Shown here piece by piece: positions 40,043 through 50,173 of a DNA stretch of 64,000 nt. The position numbers were made by a program, and so were the translations under genes. Below the pieces are notes generated by a model, which did no database searches, was not told the DNA's origin, and worked only from the letters and a program-made list of their open reading frames with translations. This DNA is from an uncultured Alphaproteobacteria bacterium (GTDB lineage: Bacteria > Pseudomonadota > Alphaproteobacteria > HIMB59 > GCA-002718135): NCBI GenBank assembly GCA_902621855.1, contig CACNNQ010000002.1, positions 154,731-218,730 of the forward strand, in the 5' to 3' direction. Each line of letters opens with the position of its first letter. The stretch's first letter is position 1.

Positions 40043-40647
40043 GCGTTGTAAAATAGTACTGAGCCTGCGGTTATAATTAAAAGGATTGCTAAAAACCATT
40101 CAACAATTTTTTTTAATTTTTCATTATTAAGATATTGTCTGATAACACTTCCTCCATATGCCCATATACTAATGGAAGGAATATTAACTATTGTAGACAT
40201 AATAACCATAAAAAGTGTTCCAATTATTATATTTTCATCTTTTGGATAATATAATGTTACTGCAGTTGAACAGATTACCCAAGCTTTTGGATTTACAAAT
40301 TGAAACAAAATTGCTTCATGATATTTTAATGGTCTTGATCTATCTTCAGTCTTTGAAATATTTAAAGACCCAAACATTTTATATGCTAAATAAAGAATGT
40401 AGCCTGCTCCAACATATCTTAAAATATCATAGAGTATAGGATAGGTAATAAACAAAGATCCAAGACCGAGACATACAAGTGCTAATTGCAAACCATGACC
40501 AGAAGGAATCCCAAAAATATTAGGTATAGATCTTATAAATCCAAATTTTATACCTGATGCAGTTAAAATACTATTGTTTGGACCTGGAGTTACGTACATA
40601 ATAAAATTATACACTGCTAAAGCAGCTATTAATTCCCATGTAATCAT
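40039..40647 (-). CDS. LysE/RhtB family amino-acid exporter
   Basis: A 202-aa six-TM protein with the N-terminal TPGPNN motif. Confidence 0.82.
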   Translation of the reverse strand: MITWELIAALAVYNFIMYVTPGPNNSILTASGIKFGFIRSIPNIFGIPSGHGLQLALVCLGLGSLFITYPILYDILRYVGAGYILYLAYKMFGSLNISKTEDRSRPLKYHEAILFQFVNPKAWVICSTAVTLYYPKDENIIIGTLFMVIMSTIVNIPSISIWAYGGSVIRQYLNNEKLKKIVEWFLAILLIITAGSVLFYNA

Positions 40648-40650
40648 TTT

Positions 40651-41136
40651 TTAATCTCTAAAATTTACAAATTGGACTGGTATACCTATCTTAGCATCCT
40701 CAATAAGCTTCATTACACTTTGTAAATCATCTTTTTTCTTTCCTTCAACACGAAGTTCATTCCCGTTGATCTTTACTTGAACTTTTAATTTAGAACTTTT
40801 GACATCAGAAGTAATTTTTTTACACAGGGATTGTTCAATTCCTTCTACTAATTCATACGTCTGACGAATTTTATTTCCCCCAGCTTTTTCCATATCATTT
40901 TTTTTTAAACATAAAGGATCAACTTTTCGTCTAACAAAATGAGTAACGAGCATGTCATTTACTTGACCAGCTTTCATTTCATCATCAGTAATAACAACTA
41001 TAGTATTTTCTTTTTTTTCAATTGAAGTATCTGATCCTTTAAAATCGTACCTAGTAGTAATTTCTCTTGTCGCATTTCCTAGTGCGTTATCAATTTCTTG
41101 ATGATCTAATCTGTTTACAATATCAAAACTAGGCAT
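40651..41136 (-). CDS. yajQ: YajQ (UPF0234) family nucleotide-binding protein
   Basis: MPSFDIVNRLDHQEIDNALGNATREITTRYDFKG is the canonical YajQ N-terminus. Length is 161 aa. Confidence 0.88.
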   Translation of the reverse strand: MPSFDIVNRLDHQEIDNALGNATREITTRYDFKGSDTSIEKKENTIVVITDDEMKAGQVNDMLVTHFVRRKVDPLCLKKNDMEKAGGNKIRQTYELVEGIEQSLCKKITSDVKSSKLKVQVKINGNELRVEGKKKDDLQSVMKLIEDAKIGIPVQFVNFRD

Positions 41137-41140
41137 TTAT

Positions 41141-42103
41141 TTAGTTTATTACATCGTCATTTATATCTGGCAACTGTTTTTTAGTACTTAATCTTCCTAA
41201 TTTTTTCATCTTTTCTACTTTTTTAGTCAAACTTCCTGAACCATCTTGCAATCTTTGTTTAGCTTCATCCATTTTTGATTTAGCTAAATCTATTGACTGA
41301 TTAGCTTTTACAAACGACTCATATACACTGACTGTTTTGTCATAAATATCTGATGCAGCTGATGCTATATCTTTTATTGTTTTAGATTGTTTATCAACCC
41401 GCCACATATTTTCTACAGCTTTAAGTAAAAAGGGTAAAGTTGATGGCCCAACAATAATTATTTTATTGTTCCATGAATCTTCTATAAGTTTATTTGCCTC
41501 ATTATATAAAGTAAGTAATGCTGGTTCTATTGGAACAAACATTAAAACATTATCAATTGTATTGATTCCATATATTTTTGAATAATTATCTTTACTCAGA
41601 CTTCTAATCGAAGTTTTTGTTGAATCCAAAAATTTTTTCAAAAATATCTTCTTTTGTTGATTGTCATTTGTATTAGAATAATCATGCCAAGAATCTAAGG
41701 ATACTTTTGAATCTATAATTATGTGTCTATTACCTGGCATATGAACAATTACATCGGGTTTTTGTAAATTGCCATCTTCATCTCTAAAAGTTTTTTGAGT
41801 TGAATACTCTTCTCCTTCTCTTAAACCAACACTATCTAAAATATTTTTAAGTACAAATTCTCCCCAAGGACCTTGTTGAAGCGCACCACCTCTAATTAAT
41901 GTATTCTCAATTCTATCTTGAGCTAAATTAAAATTTTGTAAAGATTGCTGAATTGATTGCATGTGATTTTTTAAGGAAATAAGATCAGTATCATCTTTTA
42001 TTTCAGAACTTTTTGTTTTGCGAAGAAAAAATAAAATTGATAAAAAACCAACTCCAGATAAAAAACCAATAATGAAAACAAATATAAGATTTTCAAACAT
42101 CAC
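41141..42103 (-). CDS. rmuC: DNA recombination protein RmuC
   Basis: N-terminal TM, a coiled-coil region, and the RmuC nuclease-like core PDVIVHMPGNRHIIIDSK. Confidence 0.82.
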   Translation of the reverse strand: MMFENLIFVFIIGFLSGVGFLSILFFLRKTKSSEIKDDTDLISLKNHMQSIQQSLQNFNLAQDRIENTLIRGGALQQGPWGEFVLKNILDSVGLREGEEYSTQKTFRDEDGNLQKPDVIVHMPGNRHIIIDSKVSLDSWHDYSNTNDNQQKKIFLKKFLDSTKTSIRSLSKDNYSKIYGINTIDNVLMFVPIEPALLTLYNEANKLIEDSWNNKIIIVGPSTLPFLLKAVENMWRVDKQSKTIKDIASAASDIYDKTVSVYESFVKANQSIDLAKSKMDEAKQRLQDGSGSLTKKVEKMKKLGRLSTKKQLPDINDDVIN

Positions 42104-42106
42104 TAT

Positions 42107-42523
42107 TTAGATAAGATATAAATATATTATCAAATATCTAGCAATTTTCCCAATAGATACAAATATTAAAAAAAAAGTAACATTATATTTTACTGTACCT
42201 GCTGCAAATGCGATTGGATCTCCAATAATAGGTACCCATGAAAATAATAATGACCATTTTCCATACTTTTTGAAAATATCTGTAGCTTTTTGTAATAAGT
42301 ATATATTTACTGGAAACCAAGGTTTCTTAATAAGAAAATTTACAAAGTAACCACATATCCAACTGATTAGAGATCCTAAAATATTACCTGCTGAAGCAAA
42401 AAATAATAATAAAAATGAATTATAATTATTAGATAATAATAGTGCTGATAAATATGTCTCTGAAGCAAAAGGAAAAAAAGTGCCTAAAGACAAACAAAAA
42501 ATAAATAATGATGAATAGATCAA
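42107..42523 (-). CDS. YqaA/DedA-related small membrane protein
   Basis: A 138-aa protein with four hydrophobic helices and a SNARE-associated/YqaA-like pattern (FASETYLSALLL...GDPIAFAAG). Confidence 0.6.
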   Translation of the reverse strand: MIYSSLFIFCLSLGTFFPFASETYLSALLLSNNYNSFLLLFFASAGNILGSLISWICGYFVNFLIKKPWFPVNIYLLQKATDIFKKYGKWSLLFSWVPIIGDPIAFAAGTVKYNVTFFLIFVSIGKIARYLIIYLYLI

Positions 42524-42572
42524 AGTATTTCTTATTGTTAATTTATGTTATTGTTATGTTACTTATCAATTT

Positions 42573-43715
42573 ATGAACGATTTTCCAAAAGAAGAATTTA
42601 TTTCCAGAATTGAAAAAATACAAATACATATTGAAAAAGAAAATATTGATGCTGTTATTATAACTTCACCGTCAAATTTTAGATATTTCACTGGACTTGA
42701 TAGTAATTTTTGGGAAAGTCCAACAAGACCATGGTTTTTAATTATTTCAAAAAAAAATCCAATTAAAGCTATAATACCATCTATTGGTATTACAGCTATG
42801 CAAGAAACATTAGTCAATGATATCGAAACTTGGGAGTCTCCAAATCCAAAAGATGAAGGAATATCTTTATTGAAAAAAAATATTAAAAGTTTTCCGAAAA
42901 GTTCAAATATTGGTTTTGAATTAGGAAATGAAACTTTTCTGCGAATGAGTATTAACGATTATCAGGATATTCAAAAAAATTTATCAGAATATAATTTTGT
43001 TGATGCTAGTAAAATACTTTGGAGTATAAGAAAAATAAAGTCTGAAATAGAGATCAGTAATATTAAAGAAATTTGTTCTATTACAAGTAAGGTATTTGAT
43101 GATTTTCCTCAAAAAATTAATTTAGGAATGAGTGAAAAACAAATTACATCAATATTTAAAAAAGAATTAATTGAAAGTGGCGCAGATTATATTCAATACA
43201 TGGCGTGTGCTTCGGGATTTAATGGTTATAATCAGATTATCTGTAACCCAACAGAAAGGGAAACTAAAGATGGTGATATTCTAATTATTGATACCGGTGC
43301 AACTTTAAATGGTTATTTTTCAGATTTTGATAGAAATTTTGGCTTTGGAAAAATTCACAAACAAGTTCTAGATGCATATAATAAATTGTGGGAAGCAACT
43401 GAAAGAACTTTAGAAATTATAAAACCTGGAATTAATTGTTCAGAAATATATTCTAAATTATCTCAAAGTTTAATAACTAACAACGTATCAATTGGAAGAA
43501 TGGGTCATGGTTTAGGCTTACAACTAACTGAGCCACCAAGTATTATGGAAAATGACAAAACATTACTTGAGGAAAATATGATTATAACTCTTGAACCATC
43601 AATAGAAATGGACGAAAATAAAATATTAGTACAAGAGGAAAATTTATTAATAACTAAAGATTCCTATAAACTTTTAAGTACTAGAACTCCTGAAAATTTA
43701 CCTAATATTGATTAA
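42573..43715 (+). CDS. M24-family metallopeptidase (Xaa-Pro dipeptidase/creatinase-like)
   Basis: Creatinase-like N-domain plus a pita-bread domain with metal ligands in IIDTGATLNGYFSDFDRNF, HGLGLQLTEPP, ITLEP and EENLLIT. Confidence 0.8.
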   Translation: MNDFPKEEFISRIEKIQIHIEKENIDAVIITSPSNFRYFTGLDSNFWESPTRPWFLIISKKNPIKAIIPSIGITAMQETLVNDIETWESPNPKDEGISLLKKNIKSFPKSSNIGFELGNETFLRMSINDYQDIQKNLSEYNFVDASKILWSIRKIKSEIEISNIKEICSITSKVFDDFPQKINLGMSEKQITSIFKKELIESGADYIQYMACASGFNGYNQIICNPTERETKDGDILIIDTGATLNGYFSDFDRNFGFGKIHKQVLDAYNKLWEATERTLEIIKPGINCSEIYSKLSQSLITNNVSIGRMGHGLGLQLTEPPSIMENDKTLLEENMIITLEPSIEMDENKILVQEENLLITKDSYKLLSTRTPENLPNID

Positions 43716-45434
43716 TTAAATTATTGACTCAATTTTAGGCATAAGTCTAATTAATTCCTTCGTATATTCATGCTCAGGATTATTAAATAATTCCTCTGTA
43801 TTTTTTGTTTCACAAACAGCACCATTTTTTAGAACAATTATTCGGTTACACATTTGGCGAATTACAGGAAGATCATGGCTAATAAATAACATAGTGAGAT
43901 GCAGTTCATCTTGTATATCTTTTAATAAATTCAATATTTGTGCTTGTATACTGACATCCAATGCAGAAGTTGGTTCATCACATATTAATAATCGTGGTCT
44001 TGTTGCCAAAGCACGAGCAATAGATATTCTCTGCCTTTGCCCTCCTGAGAATTCATGTGGGTATCGATCTAAAGATTGTCTGGTCATTCCAACAATATCT
44101 ATTAGGTCGTAAACATTTTGTAAAAGTTCATTATTGCTTATATTTTTTTGAAAAAATTTAATTGGTTCTGCAATAATATCCTTAACTTTGAAACGAGGAT
44201 TTAGAGATGAGTAAGGATCTTGAAAAATCATTTGAATTTGACCTCTACTATTATGAATTTGATATTTTTTATTTGAATTATATAGAGGTTCATTATTATA
44301 TTTTAAATCACCCTTATTAGGACTAATTAATCCAGTAATAATTTTTGCAATAGTTGATTTACCTGAACCAGACTCTCCAACTAATCCAAGTGTCTCACCT
44401 TCGAATAATTCAAAAGATACATTGTCGACAGCTTTAACTATTTTATCATTCGAACTTTTATTAGAAATAAATGAAAAACCACTACCTAAAGAATTGTCAT
44501 CAAAAACTTTTGTTACTTCCTTAAGTTTTAATAATTTTTGATTTTTGTTTTCCCTTATTCCCCATGTTTTAATAATATTTTTAGTCAAATTCTTGGAACT
44601 AGATGTTATTTCCTTACCATCAGGGCTAATCAATTTAAATCTATCAATTTTCTTATTTGTTGGTGGCACTGAAATTACTAAGCTTCTTGCTTCTGTTGAT
44701 TTTGGATTTGTTAATAATTCTTTAGTCTCACCTTGTTCAACAATATGTCCGTATCTCATAACAATAACTTTATCAGTCGTCTCTGCTATGACTCCCATAT
44801 CATGGGTAATAATTATAACACCAAGATTTCTTTTCTTTGTAAGATCTTTGAGTAGTTCTAATATTTGATATTGAATACTTACATCTAAAGCTGTTGTCGG
44901 TTCATCTGCAATTATTAAGTCAGGTTCACAACTTATCGCTAAAGCTATAACAACTCTTTGACGCATACCGCCACTAAATTGGTGTGGATAGTCCTCAATT
45001 CTTTTTTCAGCTTTTTCTATTCCAACCTCTTTAAGTAGTTGAATTGATTTTTTAAGTGAATCTTGATAACTTAAATTTAAATGAGCTTGAATAGTTTCAA
45101 TTAATTGATCTTTTATTTTAAATAGAGGGTTTAATGAAGTTTGAGGGTCTTGAAAGACAAATCCTATTTTTTTTCCTCTAATATTTTGAATTATTTCTTC
45201 ATTACTTCTTAATTCAATATTGTCTATTTTTATTGAGCCATCTGTGATTTCACCTGGAGGATCAATCAAGTTAATTATCGCATTTGCAATTGTAGATTTT
45301 CCAGATCCAGACTCACCAACAATTCCTAATATTTCACCTCTTTCTAAAGAAAATTCTACATTTTTGCTTGCAACAATAGTTTCCTTTCGTGTTGGATAAC
45401 TTATGTTTAAATTTTTAACTTCTAAAAAACTCAT
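43716..45434 (-). CDS. Peptide-type ABC transporter, fused double ATPase (DppD/DppF-like); start moved to Met14
   Basis: Two Walker A motifs (GESGSGKST, twice) and two signature motifs (FSGGMRQR, FSGGQRQR). The MSFLEVKNL start gives an ATGA overlap with the upstream permease stop at 45431-45434. Confidence 0.9.
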   Translation of the reverse strand: MSFLEVKNLNISYPTRKETIVASKNVEFSLERGEILGIVGESGSGKSTIANAIINLIDPPGEITDGSIKIDNIELRSNEEIIQNIRGKKIGFVFQDPQTSLNPLFKIKDQLIETIQAHLNLSYQDSLKKSIQLLKEVGIEKAEKRIEDYPHQFSGGMRQRVVIALAISCEPDLIIADEPTTALDVSIQYQILELLKDLTKKRNLGVIIITHDMGVIAETTDKVIVMRYGHIVEQGETKELLTNPKSTEARSLVISVPPTNKKIDRFKLISPDGKEITSSSKNLTKNIIKTWGIRENKNQKLLKLKEVTKVFDDNSLGSGFSFISNKSSNDKIVKAVDNVSFELFEGETLGLVGESGSGKSTIAKIITGLISPNKGDLKYNNEPLYNSNKKYQIHNSRGQIQMIFQDPYSSLNPRFKVKDIIAEPIKFFQKNISNNELLQNVYDLIDIVGMTRQSLDRYPHEFSGGQRQRISIARALATRPRLLICDEPTSALDVSIQAQILNLLKDIQDELHLTMLFISHDLPVIRQMCNRIIVLKNGAVCETKNTEELFNNPEHEYTKELIRLMPKIESII

Positions 45435-46354
45435 CTCTTTTTTAATTTTGGATTTAAAGCATCTCTCATCCAATCCCCTAATAAATTAATTGATAATGCT
45501 AAAACAATTAAGAAAATTGCTGGAAAAAAAGTAATCCACCACTCTCCTGAAAATAAAAAATTATTTCCAAACCTTATTAGAGTGCCAAGAGAAGGTGTTG
45601 TTGGTGGAACGCCAACACCTAAAAAACTTAAAGTGGACTCTGTAATAATTGCAAGTGCCAATCCAATTGTAGCAATTACTAAGATGGGCCGAAGTATATT
45701 TGGTAAAATATGCTTAAACATAATTAATATATTTGATAGGCCAATAATTCTTGAAGCTGAGACATACTCTTTATTTTTTTCAACCAAAGTTGATGCTCTT
45801 GATACTCTTGCAAACTGAGGCCATTCTGAAATACCAATGGCGAAAATCAAAACATAAATAGCCATTTCATCATGCATTGATTGTGAAATAATTGCCCTTG
45901 CAATTCCATCAACAAGTAAAGCCATTAAAATACTTGGAATCGTTAACTGCACATCTGTAAGACGCATTACAATAATCTCATACCTACCACCAATATATCC
46001 AGCTGTTATTCCAAGAAAAACTCCAAGTATCATTGCAAAAATTATAGATGCAAAACCAACGATCAGTGAAATTCTTGAACCATAAATCATTGTTGAAAAC
46101 ATATCTCTTCCCTGCTGATCAGTTCCTAATATGAAGCTAAAACTTCCTCCCTCCGACCATACTGGTGGGGTAAAGGCATCCATTAAAGAAACTGATGCTG
46201 GATCAAAAGGATTATAAGGAGCAACTATCCCAGCAAATACAGAACAAAAAAGTATAATAAAAAATATTGTTGAAGAAATTATTGCTAATTTAGAATTAAA
46301 GAAACTATATCCAATATCAGTATCATATATTTTATTATATGTTTTGAGTAGCAT
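45431..46354 (-). CDS. Peptide-type ABC transporter permease (DppC-like)
   Basis: Six TM segments. BPD_transp_1 EAA-type loop around YVSASRIIGLSNILIMFKHILPN. Confidence 0.88.
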   Translation of the reverse strand: MLLKTYNKIYDTDIGYSFFNSKLAIISSTIFFIILFCSVFAGIVAPYNPFDPASVSLMDAFTPPVWSEGGSFSFILGTDQQGRDMFSTMIYGSRISLIVGFASIIFAMILGVFLGITAGYIGGRYEIIVMRLTDVQLTIPSILMALLVDGIARAIISQSMHDEMAIYVLIFAIGISEWPQFARVSRASTLVEKNKEYVSASRIIGLSNILIMFKHILPNILRPILVIATIGLALAIITESTLSFLGVGVPPTTPSLGTLIRFGNNFLFSGEWWITFFPAIFLIVLALSINLLGDWMRDALNPKLKKR

Positions 46355-46356
46355 TT

Positions 46357-47334
46357 CTAGCTACCCTCTTCCTTCAACCTAATTCTAGGATCAATAAAAT
46401 AGTATGTGATGTCTACAATAAAATTTATCATAACAAATATAAAGGCTACCATGATCATATATGCTGACATTATAGGAATATCGACAAAGTATACTGCTTT
46501 GATAAATAATGACCCCATGCCTGGCCATTGAAAAACTGTTTCTGTAATAATTGAAAAAGCAATTAAGGTTCCGATATTGATACCAGTAATTGTAATAACT
46601 GGAATTAATCCATTTTTGAGCGCATGCTTATAATTAATAACACTCCTTTTTATACCTCTTGCTTTTGCAAATTTAATATAATCTGTTTGTAAAATTTCCA
46701 TCATTTCAGCGCGAACTAATCTAATAACATAAGTCATTTGAAATAAACTTAACGTAACAGATGGGAGTATCAGTGCTTTTAAACCTGAAGTAGTTAAAAA
46801 TCCTGTAGTCCAAAAACCTAATTGTGTGACTTCACCTCTTCCAAAGGATGGTAGAATTCCTAAAATTACTGAAAACAAATAAATTAACATTATTCCTATA
46901 ATGAATGTTGGTAAAGAAACCCCTGCTAGAGAAATCACAAGAATAATATTAGAAATAAAACTATCTCTATGGATACCAGTATATACACCCAAGATAACAC
47001 CACTAATGATTGCAATTAAAGCGGAGACAAAAACTAATTCTAAAGTTGCAGGCATTCTTTCTGCAATTAAGTCTGAAACTTCTCTTTTTAATTGATATGA
47101 TATTCCAAAATCACCTTGAATTACATTTCCTATAAAACGTGAAAATTGAACGTAAACCGGATCATTTAAACCCAATACTTCTCTGACCTCAGCACGTCTT
47201 TCATCTGAAGCATCTTCTCCAGTCATACTATTTACTGGATCACCAACAAAATTAAATAAGGAAAATGAAACAAAAGCAACAACAATCATTACAAGAATAG
47301 ATTGAAAGAGTCTTTTAAAGAAATAGCTAAACAT
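46357..47334 (-). CDS. Peptide-type ABC transporter permease (DppB-like)
   Basis: N-terminal MFSYFFKRLFQSILV pattern. EAA loop YIKFAKARGIKRSVINYKHALKN. Confidence 0.88.
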   Translation of the reverse strand: MFSYFFKRLFQSILVMIVVAFVSFSLFNFVGDPVNSMTGEDASDERRAEVREVLGLNDPVYVQFSRFIGNVIQGDFGISYQLKREVSDLIAERMPATLELVFVSALIAIISGVILGVYTGIHRDSFISNIILVISLAGVSLPTFIIGIMLIYLFSVILGILPSFGRGEVTQLGFWTTGFLTTSGLKALILPSVTLSLFQMTYVIRLVRAEMMEILQTDYIKFAKARGIKRSVINYKHALKNGLIPVITITGINIGTLIAFSIITETVFQWPGMGSLFIKAVYFVDIPIMSAYMIMVAFIFVMINFIVDITYYFIDPRIRLKEEGS

Positions 47335-47341
47335 GGTTTAA

Positions 47342-47367
47342 TTTCTGGCCAGATTACTGGCCAGAAA
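47342..47367 (-). promoter_or_regulatory. Intercistronic perfect stem-loop between the substrate-binding-protein gene and the first permease gene
   Basis: TTTCTGGCCAG-ATTA-CTGGCCAGAAA forms an 11-bp perfect inverted repeat with a 4-nt loop. The GC core CTGGCCAG is itself palindromic. No U-tract follows on the transcribed strand, and the permease ATG is 7 nt beyond the stem. Confidence 0.55.
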
Positions 47368-47379
47368 ATATAAATTTTA

Positions 47380-48954
47380 TTAGTTTACGTTTGCAAATCT
47401 AAATAATGGCTCGTTGTTCATTCTAATTGGAACATCGACATTACTTTTTGATGCTTGGTTGACAACTTGGTGATGTAAAGGAAGATATGTTACATCATCT
47501 TGAGTAATATCCCAAGCTTCAGCAATCATAGCATTTCTTTTATCTTGATCTGTTTCAACACCCATTGCCGCTACTAACTCATCAACTCTGGCATTACTGA
47601 AATTAACTTTATTCCAGCTACCAGCACTATCAAATAAGTACGAGTATACGTAATGACTATCAAAAGTTGGAACACCCCAACCTAACATGTACATGTCGCT
47701 TGTCATACCATTTGCGTCACCTTCTTTAACTTCTGAGAAGTGTTGACTTTTAGTTTTTGCATCAAGAGTTACATCAACTCCAATTTTAGCAAACATACCA
47801 ATTGCAGCAACACAGATTGCTTCATCATTAATATAACGATCATTTGGACAATCTAGTGTAACCTCAAATCCATCTGGATAACCAGCTTCTGCTAATAGTT
47901 TTTTTGATAGCTCCGGATCATAAGGTAATCTTTCATCACGTGCAGCTGTATGACCGTTTACACCAGGAGCAGTGATAATTCCTGCAGGAACACTTTGTCC
48001 TCTCATTACCTTATCCTTAATAGCTTCCATATCTAAAGCATGGTACATAGCTAAACGAACTCTTTTATCAGCAAAAGGATTTTTACCTTTAATATTAGAT
48101 GAATTTAATTCAGCAGAACCTTGATCCATTCCAAAAAATATTGTTCTATTTTGAGGAGTCATTTTTACATCATGTCCAGCAGAAGATTTGATTCTCTCAA
48201 TATCTTGAACTGGAACAACGTTTGTGTAGTCAATTTCTCCAGATAGAAGTGCTGCAACTCTTGTTGCATCATTTGCAATAGGAAGTAATTCAATAGTATC
48301 TACATTGAAAGTACTATCATCACCCCACCAATCATTATTTTTTTCAAAAACAGTTCTTACGTCCTGTTCTCTAAAAGTAATTTTGAAAGGTCCTGTTCCG
48401 TTTGCATTAGAAGCACAATAAGATGTTTCACCTGCATCCCAGTTGTAAGAAACTTCACAACCATTTGCTTTTGCCCAATCTTCAGACATAACAAATATCT
48501 GAGTTAATTGGTTTAAAAGAATAGGGTTTGGTCCATTTGTTACAATTTGGACTGTATGATCAGTTAAAGCTGTTGCTGAACTAATACTTTTAATTAAATC
48601 AACCATATCTGAAGGTGCTGTTTTAGCCCTGTTGATACTAAAAGCAACATCACTAGCAGTTAAATCTGATCCATCATGGAACTTTACTCCTTTACGAATT
48701 TTAAATATCCAAGTGTCATCAGAAGTTGTTTTCCATGATTCAGCAAGCTGAGGAAGTATTTCCATATTAATACCTGGGGTTACTAAACCTTCATAAACTT
48801 GACGTGAAACCATGTGAGTTGGCCCTTCGTTTTGTGCGTGCGGATCAAGAGTTAAAGAGTCACCAGGCATTGACCATTTAATAGTATTAGCAAATGCTGG
48901 TGAAAAAAAACCCATGAAAAGCAAAGACAAAACAATGCTTAAAGTCTTTTTCAT
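47380..48954 (-). CDS. ABC transporter substrate-binding protein, family 5 (peptide/nickel type); start moved to Met13
   Basis: Signal peptide MKKTLSIVLSLLFMGFFSPAFA, preceded by a GGAGG RBS. The SBP_bac_5 pattern runs throughout. Confidence 0.88.
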   Translation of the reverse strand: MKKTLSIVLSLLFMGFFSPAFANTIKWSMPGDSLTLDPHAQNEGPTHMVSRQVYEGLVTPGINMEILPQLAESWKTTSDDTWIFKIRKGVKFHDGSDLTASDVAFSINRAKTAPSDMVDLIKSISSATALTDHTVQIVTNGPNPILLNQLTQIFVMSEDWAKANGCEVSYNWDAGETSYCASNANGTGPFKITFREQDVRTVFEKNNDWWGDDSTFNVDTIELLPIANDATRVAALLSGEIDYTNVVPVQDIERIKSSAGHDVKMTPQNRTIFFGMDQGSAELNSSNIKGKNPFADKRVRLAMYHALDMEAIKDKVMRGQSVPAGIITAPGVNGHTAARDERLPYDPELSKKLLAEAGYPDGFEVTLDCPNDRYINDEAICVAAIGMFAKIGVDVTLDAKTKSQHFSEVKEGDANGMTSDMYMLGWGVPTFDSHYVYSYLFDSAGSWNKVNFSNARVDELVAAMGVETDQDKRNAMIAEAWDITQDDVTYLPLHHQVVNQASKSNVDVPIRMNNEPLFRFANVN

Positions 48955-49096
48955 ATTATTTCCTCCATAGAAATTTGATGCTAGACCCATACTACTTCAA
49001 TGGAAATATTCAATATTATTAGTATTAATAAGTGCTATATTTTGTCATAATTATCAGTAATACTTAAGAGCTAATCATTGGAGGAGGCTTTATAAA

Positions 49097-49747
49097 GTGA
49101 AAAGAATTGAAAAAGCTCAAGAGATCTCCAGAATACTCAATCGTATATATAGAAAAGTTCCTATTCCTCTTAACCACAAAAATAAATTTGAATTAGTTGT
49201 GGCTGTACTTCTTAGTGCACAATGTACTGATGAAAGAGTTAATCAAGTTACACCAAACTTATTTAAAAAAGCAAACACGGCTATAAAAATGACAAAAGTG
49301 CCAAAAAAAACAATTTATAATATTATTCGCCCATGTGGTTTAGCGCCTCAAAAATCAAAAGCTATATTTGAACTCTCAAGAATACTTGTCAAAAAATTTA
49401 AAGGAAAAGTTCCAGAAAGTTTTGAGGAATTGGAAAAATTACCAGGTGTTGGTCATAAAACTGCAAGTGTTGTTATGTCTCAAGGATTTGGTCATCCAGC
49501 ATTTCCTGTTGATACACACATTCATCGATTAGCTCAACGTTGGGGTATAACAAATGGTAAAAATGTTGTCCAAACAGAAAAAGATTTAAAAAATCTTTTT
49601 CCAAAAAAATCTTGGAACAAACTTCATTTACAAATAATTTTTTATGGAAGAGAATTTTGTCAGGCAAGAAGTTGTTATGGTTTAACGTGTGAAATATGCA
49701 AAGTTTGTAATCCAAAGAGAAAAACGCCTATCAAAACAAAAAAGTAA
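49097..49747 (+). CDS. nth: Endonuclease III
   Basis: HhH-GPD region LPGVGHKTASVV, catalytic DTH and a C-terminal Cys cluster for the 4Fe-4S centre. GTG start with GGAGGAGG 9 nt upstream. Confidence 0.9.
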   Translation: MKRIEKAQEISRILNRIYRKVPIPLNHKNKFELVVAVLLSAQCTDERVNQVTPNLFKKANTAIKMTKVPKKTIYNIIRPCGLAPQKSKAIFELSRILVKKFKGKVPESFEELEKLPGVGHKTASVVMSQGFGHPAFPVDTHIHRLAQRWGITNGKNVVQTEKDLKNLFPKKSWNKLHLQIIFYGREFCQARSCYGLTCEICKVCNPKRKTPIKTKK

Positions 49748-49750
49748 TAT

Positions 49751-50170
49751 TTAAAAAGGCTGAAATACAACAAGTATAAGTATAAAAATCAATATTACTG
49801 CTGGCACTTCATTTGTAATTCTAAAAAACTTAGTGGAGTATTTATTTTTATCATTTTTAAAATTATTAAGACATTTTAAACAAAAAAAATGATAGCCAGA
49901 TAATAAAATTACAAATAAAATTTTTAAAAGCAACCAAGTATCAAAACCCACATAATGTATAAGTGTAAAACCTGATATCCACGTCACTATAAATGCAGGA
50001 AACATTATTATTCTGTATAATTTTCCTTCCATTAATTTAAATGTTTCTGAAGTTTCTTTAGTAATTTCTGGATTAGCATGATTGACAAACAAACGTGGTA
50101 GATACAAAAGTCCAGCCATCCAAGCTATGATGCTAAAAATATGAACAACTTTTAAAGTATTAAATAACAT
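49751..50170 (-). CDS. hemJ: Protoporphyrinogen IX oxidase, HemJ type
   Basis: LKVVHIFSIIAWMAGLLYLPRLFV is the HemJ (UPF0093/TIGR00701) N-terminal pattern. The 139-aa product has four TM segments. Confidence 0.82.
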   Translation of the reverse strand: MLFNTLKVVHIFSIIAWMAGLLYLPRLFVNHANPEITKETSETFKLMEGKLYRIIMFPAFIVTWISGFTLIHYVGFDTWLLLKILFVILLSGYHFFCLKCLNNFKNDKNKYSTKFFRITNEVPAVILIFILILVVFQPF

Positions 50171-50173
50171 GAT

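Noticed and set aside
47342-47367. Reading the perfect hairpin as a canonical Rho-independent terminator or as a REP/MITE-type mobile repeat.
   Set aside because: No U-tract follows the stem on the transcribed strand, and the next ATG is 7 nt away, so full termination is unlikely. I found only this one copy in the window and no flanking direct repeats.
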